Positions 14,083 through 26,000 of a DNA stretch of 56,792 bases are shown one piece after another. A program made the translations under genes and the position numbers. A model generated the notes under the pieces. The model worked only from the letters and a program-made list of their open reading frames with translations. It searched no databases and was not told where the DNA came from. The stretch lies in assembly GCF_001194135.2 (NCBI RefSeq), contig NC_068989.1, positions 57,960,949 to 58,017,740 on the forward strand, in the 5' to 3' direction. Positions within the stretch are counted from its first letter, which is position 1. Each line of letters begins with the position of its first letter. Source of the stretch: Octopus bimaculoides. Taxonomy: Eukaryota.

Positions 14083-17000
14083 ATTATTACTATTATTAAT
14101 CAGGTCGCTGCCGTGAATCGTAATAATAATAGTAATAATAATAATAATATAATAATAATAATAATAATAATAGTAACATCGATAGGAATGAGAACCCAGG
14201 TTCGAAATTTCCCCAAGACACCTGACGAAGGCTGGAGGGTATATCAGCCGAAACGTTGTGTTAACAACAAACAAGATGAGGACGAATATCCGTCAAATGT
14301 AAATAATGTAAATAATTCCTCATCTCTTAAATATAGAACTGTCATTATTTCAGTTCGCAATTCTGCTGTCACTATAATCAATAGAGCTACCAGTCATGAA
14401 TTTAAGTTAATTCAGTCACCTGCTGTTGGTTCTTCTTCTCAGTGCATTTATAATATATTGTTCAAATATATATATACATATAAATAAAGTGAGTCCACAA
14501 CTGTAACCTACACCAGTGTCGCATAACCAGCCCCAGCCCACTCAAAAGTACCTTGGATCGTAGGGCAACATGCCATGCTTGAGGAGACCTATTGAGTCAA
14601 GTACATCAACATCAGCAATATCAAAATCAAATCAAATGGAAATTGTAGTTGTGAGCCGTGTGCCAGTAGCACGTAAAAAGCACCATCTGAACGTGGCCGA
14701 TGCCAGCACCGCCTTGACTGGCTTCTGTGCCCGTTGCATGTAAAAAACAACATCCGATCGTGGTCGATACCAGCACCTCTGGCCCCTGTACCAGTGGCAG
14801 GTAAAAAGTACCCACTACACTCTCATAGTGGTTGGCGTTAGGAAAGGCATCCAGCTGTAAAAACACTGCCAGATCAGATTGGGGCCTGGTGCAGCCTCCT
14901 GGCTTCCCAGACCCCAGTCGAACCGTCCAACCCATGCCAGCATGGAAAACGGACATTAAACGATGATGATGATGATGATGATGATGTTCATGCACACTTA
15001 CATCGTGCATCTAACAGTGTGTGCTCACTTCATTTCTTTCTAGTTTTCTCTGGTCTTCTACATTCAAGGATCTGTATCTCACTACCATGCAGCATCATAG
15101 TTCTAACACAAGAGTCATACAAACTGTCCTTCACTTTGAGAGGGAAAAGACTTTCGTTGCCAATTTGTGTGGACTTGGAATTGAAACAAAAAATTAAGTC
15201 TTCGTATCAGTGATTGCAAGGGCTGTGAGCTGGCTGAATCATTAGCACCCAGGGCGAAATGCTTAGCAGCATATCATCAGTGTTTACATTCTGAGTTCAA
15301 ATTCTGTTGAGGTCAACTATGCCTTTCATCTTTTCTGGGTCGATAAAATAAGTACCAGTTGAACACTGGGATTGATGTAATCAACTTATCCCCTCCCCCG
15401 AAATTGCTGGCCTTATGCCAAAATTTGAAGCCATATTAGTGATTACTTACATACACACTCACACACAACCATACATGTGCATACACACATTCATATACAC
15501 TGGTTAATAACCACATATTTCTTTACATTTTACTTGGATGAACTCCTTCCATTGTTGCCAGAAACTGTACATATTTTCTTGGCTTTGTATATATTTTGTT
15601 TGCAACCCTGCTATTTGTCAAAAGTTATTCCTTATTTTTCCCAGAAAGACATCTGCTGGTTATAACCTAACAAATTTGTTTGTTGGAAGTGAAGGAACTC
15701 TGGGAATTATTACAAAAGCTACTTTGAAATTGTATGGACAACCTGAAAAGGTAAGTTAGTATCAGATCATCATCATTGTTACTATTTTAATGTTCACTTT
15801 TTGCAGATGAGGCTTATTGAAGCAAATTTTTATAAAGCTGAATGTGCTTCCTGTCATCAATCCCTACTTGTTTCCAAGTAAGGTACTACTCTCCATGGTT
15901 TGCACAACAAACAGCTCAGAGGCCATACCTGTTTTTACAGTTAACATCGGCAAAGAAGCTGTTTTTTAGTTTATGCAATGTCCTGGGTGTCACTGGTTAC
16001 ACATCTTGCACACAGCATCAAGATAATAGGAATAAGCAATCATACATACACATTGATTGCACTCATTCAAGCACACATGCTACATAATTCATGTTTTTCA
16101 ACGCTGCTATTTGTCATTCTCAAGAATTGACAAATTATTCCTTATTTTTTCCAGAAAAACATCTGCTGGTTATAACTTAACAAATTTGTTCATTGGAAGT
16201 GAAGGAATTCTGGGAACTATTACAAAAGCTACTTTGAATGCAAGCACACAGGCTACATATATTTTTCCTCCTTCCCATTTCTGTATCACTTTCATCCTCA
16301 CAGCTTTCTACATTTTGTTCCTCTTCTCGTGCATATTTACTTTAATTACACAGTTACCCAGCCTCTCACTTTTTAGAATTCTCTCTCTCTTTTTCTCTTT
16401 TATGTCTCTCTTTCATTTCCTCCCCTATTATAACTCCAATCTTAACACACACACACACACTCTCTCTCTCTCTCTCTGACATTTTATTATTAAACAAGCC
16501 CCTGCCATCACCGCCATTTACCATTATCATATGTCATTTTTATTTTCTTTTTTCTCTTGTTTTCTTTGTTTTTTCTCGTGTATATCTGCCTCTTTTTTTG
16601 TCTCCCTCACTCATATCCTATTTTCTTTAATGTTTACTCTCACTGTACTTGTATATTTTATTATTTCTGTTTGTCTGTCGCTCTCTCTCTTTCTCTCTCT
16701 CCCACCATTCACTTATCAATTATCAACGTCACTAATGCTGCCTCTACCACTATCATAACTACCGTTTTTTTTTTGCGATCACTGAGTTATCTCCCTTAGC
16801 ATGCCACAAACCATTGGTAGGTATTGGTATAAATAGATTACACTGTCCTCATTTAACGACCGAGTTACGTTCCAACAGCCCCGTCGTTAAGCAAATTCGT
16901 CGTTAAACGAATATTCATAGGGTACGTATTTTTTTTTATAGGTATAGTGTACTGTACGTACATATAAAAACAGAATACCGTACTGTATAAAGTATATGCA

Positions 17001-20000
17001 GTACAGGGTCAAGAATCACTAACATAAATTGTTGAAAAATGAATAAGTAACTGTAAGATTATCACAAGGAAAACCTTAAAAGTTAGGATATGGATACTGT
17101 ATTATTGTAGCTCAGACATCGTAAGTATGTTTGTGATTCCAGGCCCAGTACATAAGATGCCTAATAAACTTTTCTCAGGATTATATAGAAAAGGTTTAAA
17201 GGAAACTCANNNNNNNNNNNNNNNNNNNNNNNNNNNNNNNNNNNNNNNNNNNNNNNNNNNNNNNNNNNNNNNNNNNNNNNNNNNNNNNNNNNNNNNNNNN
17301 NNNNNNNNNNNNNNNNNNNNNNNNNNNNNNNNNNNNNNNNNNNNNNNNNNNNNNNNTTTCGTCATAAATTTCTCGATAACATTGAAAAAGTCCAAGAGAT
17401 AATGGAAAAAAGAGACGAAATAGTAATATAGGTACAGAGAGCGTCACTGTGTTGCCTGGCTGACCACAGGCGGGAGAGTGAGAGAGCGAGCGTGTCGGAG
17501 GGTGAGTCTGGGTGCTCGGGATGCGCTGCCGTCCGCTGCCATCACGACGGCAGTTCTTGTACAGCGCACAATACGACAGTCAAAGTTTTTAAGTTTTTAT
17601 ATTTTGTAAAATATGTTATGACGGCTCGTAAAGTTCGTCGTAACTCCGAGTGGTCGTTAAATAGGTAGGTCGTTAAATGAGGACAGTCTGTATTGATATA
17701 CTGCAATAGCAAACCGGTCCATTATATTTTTATGTATATCACTGTCATTTTGTGATATTCACTTAGCTGGTGAGTATACCAAATCTACTCGCAAAACTTT
17801 GGTCGACTGCAAGGCAGTAACAGAAGATACGGTCCCACTGTGGGACTGAACTCAAAACCATGTGGTTAGGAAGTAAACTTTTTTAACCACACAGCTATAC
17901 CTGCACCCTTTTATGTATATTTAAGTATATTATTGCTTAAAAGTGATAGCAACATAACCATTATATATTTATAAATATTACTGCTATACTGTAATAGTGT
18001 TCTAAAACTTGATGCAGTATCTATATATTCTTGTTTGCCATTGCAGACTATTTCAGCTGTTTGCCATTTTCCCTCTGTGCAAGCGGCAGTAGACACGACG
18101 GTGATGACTTTGCAGTGTGGTATTCCCATAGCAAGAATAGGTACGTATACAAAATTAATAGGTTTACTTTCGTAATATTGTATTCTCTATAATTCTGTTT
18201 GTATTGATATTATCCTTGTTTGTTGTTTCCTGGTTCTAAGTTGTGTTCTAAGAACATTGGATTTATCACTTACTCATCTCTTTACTTTTTGCCACATGAT
18301 AATGCAGTCAAACAAAAATTTCTTGTGGCATTAATTCTGCCTGAATAGCACAAACATAATCATCCCAACTTTTTTACATTTTGCCAGATACAGTATATTT
18401 AGGATCACATTAACCATTATGTTCATTTTTTGAAACAACAGACTGTGATTTGAGGAAGATTTGGCTGTTATTACTAGCAAATCAAATGACTGTGTTGACT
18501 TATATGGTGTTAGCATGAGATGTGAATAATTCATAGATTTTAATGGATTGTTACACACACATCCTTGTCACAGTTACCATTGAAATGGTGTGGATCTGTG
18601 ATTTCTCCATTGGAAATCTGTACTCAGGCTGGCTGTGGACAAATGTACCACCATGCATTTTGGGAGGAAAAACCCAGTGTCTACTTACTCCCTCCACAAC
18701 ACTAATCTCAAAAAGTCTTCTTCCGAACATGACCTGGGCATTATTGTCGACAGCGATTTGCATTGGACAAAACACATTACTAAAATTACCAAGAAGGCTG
18801 AGGGTGTCTTGGTATTACTTACCAAGTCCTTTGTGAGCTGCTCTCTGGCTATCTATCTGAGGCTTTATATAGTTATGGTGTGGCTTCACCTGGAATTTGC
18901 ATCACCGGTCTGGAACCCCTATCTTGCCCATGATATTAATCGTCTGGAAATCGTTCAGCGACGTGCAACCAAGAGAATACCCTCCATCAGGCAAAGGGGA
19001 GGGGGCAGGTGGGAATGCAATTCTGTGGGAGTGGAGTTAAGAAGGAAAGGTGAGACTGATTTGTTTTAGCCAGTATAAAAATGTCTATAGAGAAAAAATT
19101 CTTGTGACAGTTTATCTTAGAGTGTAATATCTAGTGTGTGCTTCTTAAGACATAGTAGGTAATTTGAGGAAGATTTGGCCGCTATTTCTAGCTGGTCAAG
19201 CAACTGCATAGAGGCACTCTCTTTGACTTAAGTGAAAATGGGTATTAAGTATTTGCTGCAGAGCTATTTTGTCACATACAATAACAACAAATCTAAAGTG
19301 GAGAAATGAACAAGCAAAGAAACAAAAATATTGAAAATAATTTGAGATTGATCATGAACTTAAATTGAATATTTAGGAAACTTGTTTATTGCTTCAATCT
19401 ACATTTTTTTCTACTTAGAATTCATGGATGAAGTTATGATTGATGCCTGCAACAAATATAGCAAACTCTCACTAAATGTGGCACCAACGCTTTTCCTGGA
19501 GTTCCACGGTGCTGCAGAATCACTGAATAGTCAAGTGGAAACAGTCTGTATGTATTTAAGAAATTTATTAAAATACCTCTTTTGTTAGCATATGTACACA
19601 TTAATAGATTTTTTAATGTATATATGAGGAGGTGCTGTAAAGTTTCTGGCTTCAAGTAAGCGAAAATACAGAGGATTAGTTAATTATGATTTTATTCAAC
19701 ATATTCCCCTCTCAGATTCACACACTTATTGCAGCAGTCCTTCAGTTTTTCTAAGCCCTGTAAAGGAACTTGGAAGGTTGGGTCTCTAACCAGGCCTTTT
19801 GCGATACCCTTAAAGCCAGGAACTTTACAGCACCCCCTTGTATATACCAGGAGCATGCTATCTCCTGTAGTCAAGATAACTTGTGTCGACACAGACTAAA
19901 TCTATAAATCTTCTTTCATCATCATTATTTAATGTTCATCTTGCTTGCTGGCATGGGTTGGACAGTTTGACAGAGGACTGTGTTGAGTTCCAATATATGC

Positions 20001-23000
20001 TTTGGTACAGTTTCTATGGCAGAATGTCCTTCCTAATTCCAACCACTTTGCAGAATATATTTGGTACTTTTTACACGGTACCAGCACTAGTGTGGCTGCT
20101 AACGAACTCACAAAACAAGACCCCCCCCTCCCCACACACACATTCAATTGAGTGGAAGTGCAGTATTTATTATTGTCTATACTCAAGAACACCTGGCATA
20201 AAACCCACTTCCCTCAATTCTGCTATAACATTTATTAACGCCTTAGCATTTAAACCTGCCATATCCAACCCATATATTCTACCTATTTTATGTTCAGACT
20301 AACTAGATCTGGCCTCTTCCACCTATCCTACAATATCATTCTAAAAATAAGCAATCACATCATAAAAATTTCAAAGGTACAAGATAATACATGATTAATT
20401 CAAAACAATGTGAATAAATAAACATTACATTTGACAGAATAATATGAATGCTAAAGGGTTAAAGTTGTTTAAATTTAAGATTACACATATGATAGCTTCA
20501 TTTCTTGAAACTTCAGACTGTAATGAGAAACTTGAGAAACTTTTGAAAATATTGCATGTGTAAGACAATTCTTTCCTTCCTTACCCCACCCCTTGATTCC
20601 TGCTAAAGTTATAGGGACACCTTCATGGCATATAGCATCTCTTGGGAATTTTAAATCTGGCAGTGACCATCTTCTTTGTCTGCCCAGGATCTGCTTCTTA
20701 CAGAGAGAAAGGAGAGAAAGGGATTGATCATAGTACAGAACTGGTACTTTATTTTATTGTCCATGAAAGGTAAAGTTGATCTCATTGAGATTTGAACTCA
20801 ATCACAGAAAACAGGAAAGAATACTGTATAGCATTCTCTCTAACAGTCTAATGACTCTGGCATTTCACAATCTTATAAACTAAATCTGGAGTTAGAGAAG
20901 AGGGAAGAATAGATGAATAGAAGTCTGCTAGTGAATGTGACCAAGGCATTATTGTCTACAATGATTTGTGTTGAATGAACCACATTCCTAATAATCAAAA
21001 AGGCCAATAGTGTCTTAGCAATTCTCAGTAAGACCTTTGTCAGCTACTCACCTGTTATCTATTTAAAGCTATATATAGCTATGGTACATCCACACTTACA
21101 TTTTGTTTTTCTCATCTAGAACCCCCATCTTGTCCAGAATATCAATCTACTGAAAGCTGTCTAGGAATGTGCAACCAAACAAATACCCCTCTGTCACTCA
21201 CCATATCTTGAACATTTTGCTTCTCTGGGCATCAACATGTTTAAAGTTTCAATGTCTAGCAGCTAACTTGGTTGAAGCCCACAGAATTATCCACACTCTT
21301 TCCAACAACTTTGGTTATCTTTTTCAATTCAATACCTCTACAACTTACGAACATTTTTATATAAAATCAAAAATCAACACAATACCCATGACTTTTGAAA
21401 ATATCTTTTTGCTTACATTTTAGGTGGAGTTTAATTATCTTTATTATAATTTAGTTTTCTATCTGTTAAGTCTGAATTAACTTTCACTAATTTAATGTAA
21501 TGTCCAAACAATATATCTGTTGTTTAGCTTATTTTTGCTTATCATGTCTTTGCTTTGTTATAAATTTTTTTTCTCTATAAACTTTCAAAAGGTGAAATAG
21601 CCAAATCTAATGAAGGTTCCGACTTTAAGTGGGCTACAGATGCTGATGAAAGAAACAAGTTATGGAGAGCTCGGCACGACATGTTGTATGCATGCCTAGC
21701 TCTCCGGCCTGGCTCAAAGGTAGGTTATCATGCTTAGTGTCTTTTTGTCTGTCTTCCCGTTCTGAGTTCAAATTCTGCCAAGGTCCTTTCATTCTTTTGG
21801 GGTTGATGAAATAAGTACCTAGTTAAACACTGAAGTCAATATAATTGACTCCAAATTCCAGGCCTTGTTCCTATAGTAAATTTTCAGCAGTTGCATGCAT
21901 ATGTATAAATAGTTGGTGAAAGCCCTGGTGGCATGAGCAGCAGCTCGCAACCTAGCTTAGTACCCACTCCGAGCCAAATAGGGGAAAATTCCTCGGTCAG
22001 GCAGTTAGAAACTGAGGACAGGCACACTTTTGCTGTAAGCTGTCACAGAGTATAACCAACTGATATGGGGTAGAGGTCACTGTTGGGCTTGATGAGACGA
22101 AATAGTTTGGCCCCAAAGAACAAGGGATGAATGTAGGCAAGGACACTCAGACAAGAACAAGTTTATAAACTGTGTTAGGTTCTCCAAGAGTTTGAGCCCA
22201 GCTTCATCAGCTAATGGAGATAACATGCTTGAGATGCTGAGGTCATAATCCATTGATCTCAGCACCAGAATCTGCTGGAAAAGAGTCAATTACCTTTCTG
22301 ACATTGTCAGGGGTTAAAGATGGGTTGTTGAAAACTTGGTGGGTCAGGCCAGTGTAGGTGATCATCTGGAGAGGCCAAAGGAAGTTTCTCCTTCAGTTGG
22401 TTGAGGGAGTCTGTGGTACACAGGACGAGGAAAGAAGGCAAACAGCCCTTTAATGTAAAATTTGCTGAATTTAGCATTAACAACCTTCAAGTTAGGTGGT
22501 TGATCATTGTTCAGGGTTGAGCTGATGACTGACTTGAGATGAACAGTAGTTGGGGTAGATTTGAACTGCCATTTCAGGGAAGGAGTGAGGGATCCACTAT
22601 TCCCATTCATTACATGGAGGGAGACCAAAGCGAACAGGAACAATTTCTGCCAATCCGAGGTGTTGATGGATAGGCAGATGTTCTTCAGCAGTTTTGAGAG
22701 AACACGGGTGAAACAAATTTGAGCACCCTTAGGGATCTGATTGACGAGCGTCAGCTTGAACAAACCCTAGAGAGTAAAAGAATGAAAATAGCAATTTTAC
22801 TTTTTATAATTTTAGGATACATTGTCGTGTAACACAGGATAATATAATAATATTGGAATGTCGGTGCTCCAGCATGGCTGCAGTTAAATGACTGAAATAA
22901 GTAAAAGAATAATGTAATGCTGTTGTAATTTCCCATAATACATTGTTTTCTCTTTCTTTCAGCCATATAGTACAGATGTGTGTGTACCAATTTCCCACCT

Positions 23001-26000
23001 GCCAGAAATAATAGTTGATACTAAAAAAGACATAGAAGAATCAGGAACGACAGGTAAACATATTCTCTAAAGCAGTGGTTTTCAACTAGGGTCCATATGG
23101 CCCTTGGGGGTGTGTGTGAGATTTTCTTATTAAAATTAATGTACAATAAATTGTTTATACTTTTACAATACAAGAAATATTTAAGTTTTTATTACAAATT
23201 ATAATAGGCACAGGCATGCCTCTGTGGTAAGAAGCTTGCTTCCCAACCACATGGTTCCAGGTTCAGTCCCACTGTGTGGCACCTTGGGCAAGTGTCTCTC
23301 ACTATAGTCTCAGGCTGACCAAAGCCTTGTGAGTGGATTTGGTAGACGGAAACAGAAAGGCATGTAAGGGTTTTTAACCCTCTCCATTATAATTGTGATT
23401 TATTCACAATTATTGCACTCTTCTCATATAATAATTTTTTGATCGCATGTTCTGGCCACTGATATATTCGTGGATAATTTTGAATTGTCTACAATATATC
23501 CCGCATAGTGTATTTTTACATTCATTCCCCTTTTATTATTTATTTTTCACTCATATCTGATTCTTCACAGTGGCTAGTTCAACTGGTCTCCTATTATGAA
23601 TGCTGTGCATGACGTTTGAATTCAGAATTTGAATTGTGTAGATAAATGTTGACACATTATTCTTGCTGGTTGGGACACATATTAAGCCCCAAGGTGTTTT
23701 TTTTGTGTTAAAATCTATGTACAGGAATGTTCTCCTGAAAAGAAGAATGGATCCATTTTTGGTTCCTAACTTTGAAATTTCAATGGAAGGACTATTATTT
23801 TTATTTAGGTTTTGAATTTTATGTCATATCACTTGCTAATAGCATTTATAGTTGAGGAGAAAGAATATGAATGATTATATTGGCTTTATGGCGGTTTTGA
23901 CTGCTATTTCTAGGCATGTAAGGGTTTTTAACCTTCTCCATTATAACTGTGATTTATTCACAATTATTGCACTCTTCTCATATAACAATTGTTTGATTGC
24001 ATATTCTGGCCACTGATATATTCGTGGATAATTTTGAATTGTCTACAATATATCCTGCTTAATGTATTTTTACATTCATTTTCCTTGAGGTGGTGAAGCA
24101 TGACCTTNNNNNNNNNNTTACATTCATTTTCCTTGAGGTGGTGAAGCATGACCTTCGAACATTGGGCCTCACCGAGGCAATGACAAGTGACTGAGACCTT
24201 TGGAGGTATGCTGTGCTTGAGAAGACCTGGCAAGCCAAATGAGACAATAACCGTGGCCTATGCCAGTGCTGTATAACCAGCTCATTTAAGAATACCCTTC
24301 AATCATTGGACAATAAACTACGCCTGTGAAGACCTGTTGAGACAAGTGAAATCATTATTGTGGCCAATGACAGTACCGCCTGATTGGCACCCATGCCAGT
24401 GGAACGTTAAAAGCACCATTCGAGTGTGATCATTGTCAGGGCCGCTGACTGGCTCCCATGCTGGTAGCACATAAAAAGCACCATTTGAGCATGATCGTTG
24501 CCAGCATCACCTGATTGGCTCTTTTTCCAGTGGCACATAAAAAGCACCATTCGAGCGTGGTCATTGCCAGTGCTACCAGACTGGCCCCTGTGCAGGTGGC
24601 CTGTAAAAACCACCATTTGAGTGTGGCCAATGCCAGTACTGCCTGACTGGTGGCATGTAAAAGCACCCACTAAACTCTTGGAGTGGTTGGTGTTCGGAAG
24701 GGCATCCAGCTGTAGAAACTTTGCCAGATCAGATTGGAGCCTGGNNNNNNNNNNNNNNNNNNNNNNNNNNNNNNNNNNNNNNNNNNNNNNNNNNNNNNNN
24801 NNNNNNNNNNNNNNNNNNNNNNNNNNNNNNNNNNNNNNNNNNNNTTCGCTCAATAAACACCCACAACGCCCGGTCTGGGAATTGAAACCGCGATACTATG
24901 ACCGCAAGTCTGCTGCCCTAACCACTGGGCCATTGCGCTTCCACAATAAATAAAAGGTTTTATTAATATTAAAAAAAGATTTAAAAAAAAAAAACTACTT
25001 GTTTTTAAGTAATCTAAACTTAAACCTTCCATAAAGATTTCTGGTTAATTTATGTTCCAGACACCAGCTTCAAATATTTATTTTCAAAATTAATTGAAAC
25101 AAATTTCAACAGAAATCTAGTAACAAAAGGTTTTTAAAATGATCTAAATTAAAACTCTCCTTCCAACTTATTTTATTAGTTTATCTTCTAAGCACCAACT
25201 TTATAATGACTGAGTTATTTTACTAAATTCTTTTCATGAATGTATTTGTGTGTGTGTGTATGCATGTATTCTATCAATCAATCAATTGATCAGTCCTTTA
25301 TTCTTACATTTCTTTTTCCAAGGTCCAATTGTTGGTCACGTTGGAGATGGTAATTTCCATGTATTTTTCCCAGTCATGCCAGACAACGCTGAGGAAAAGC
25401 AACTGATTAATGATTTAGCTGATCGTATGGCCAAGTGAGTGCAATTTCTACATTAAATGTTTTCCATTTCTAGGTTTTGTTGTGGGTCATGTTGGTGATG
25501 GAAATTTTCATTCTCTGTTTACTTTTGACCCCAATGACCAAAATGAATTTAGAAGGATAAAGAAAATTGCTGATAAAATAAATATGTGAGTATTCAATAC
25601 ATGATATTTAGTGATATTCACTAAAAACTACTGTATAATCATTTCTTTTAGCCAATGTAATATGTTGGCTGGTTGATTCTTCCAGTCACACTTTACATCA
25701 CATAGAGAGAGAGGTAGAGAGGGGTAGAGAGAGAAGAGAGAGGTGCAGGATGAGTGTACATACTGAGTTTGGTAGAAGGTAATGCGTAAAGAAATGTGTA
25801 GTGAAACTACCTATCGTCACTAGATACAAAACTACCTATCGCCATTAGATACAAAACTACTATTGCCATTACATACAATCTTCTCATTTAAATATAAATA
25901 AATGTGAGCGTAGTAGAGAACCCATTCCTTGTCATCACGTGACTGATTAATATTCGAATCGGCAACTTCTTCGAACCGNNNNNNNNNNNNNNNNNNNNNN

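Larger units (their letters stand above)
13873..14340. mobile_element. Inverted (tails-out) dimer of a tRNA-headed, hammerhead-bearing retroelement
   Basis: Arms are near-identical reverse complements around (TTA)n/(TAA)n. 10-bp TSD gtcattattt at 13863-13872 and 14341-14350. Confidence 0.85.

Noticed and set aside
13867-14487. 135-aa and 189-aa ORFs on opposite strands with the same N-terminus
   Set aside because: Artefact of the palindromic element plus stop-poor (TTA)n; poly-Y/I/N translation.
24068-24157. Direct duplication on both sides of a 10-N gap
   Set aside because: Typical unmerged contig overlap rather than biology.
24350-24700. Regularly spaced about 60-bp repeats superficially like a CRISPR array
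   Set aside because: Eukaryotic context, the inter-repeat parts are homologous to each other, and the array is part of an RTE 3'UTR.
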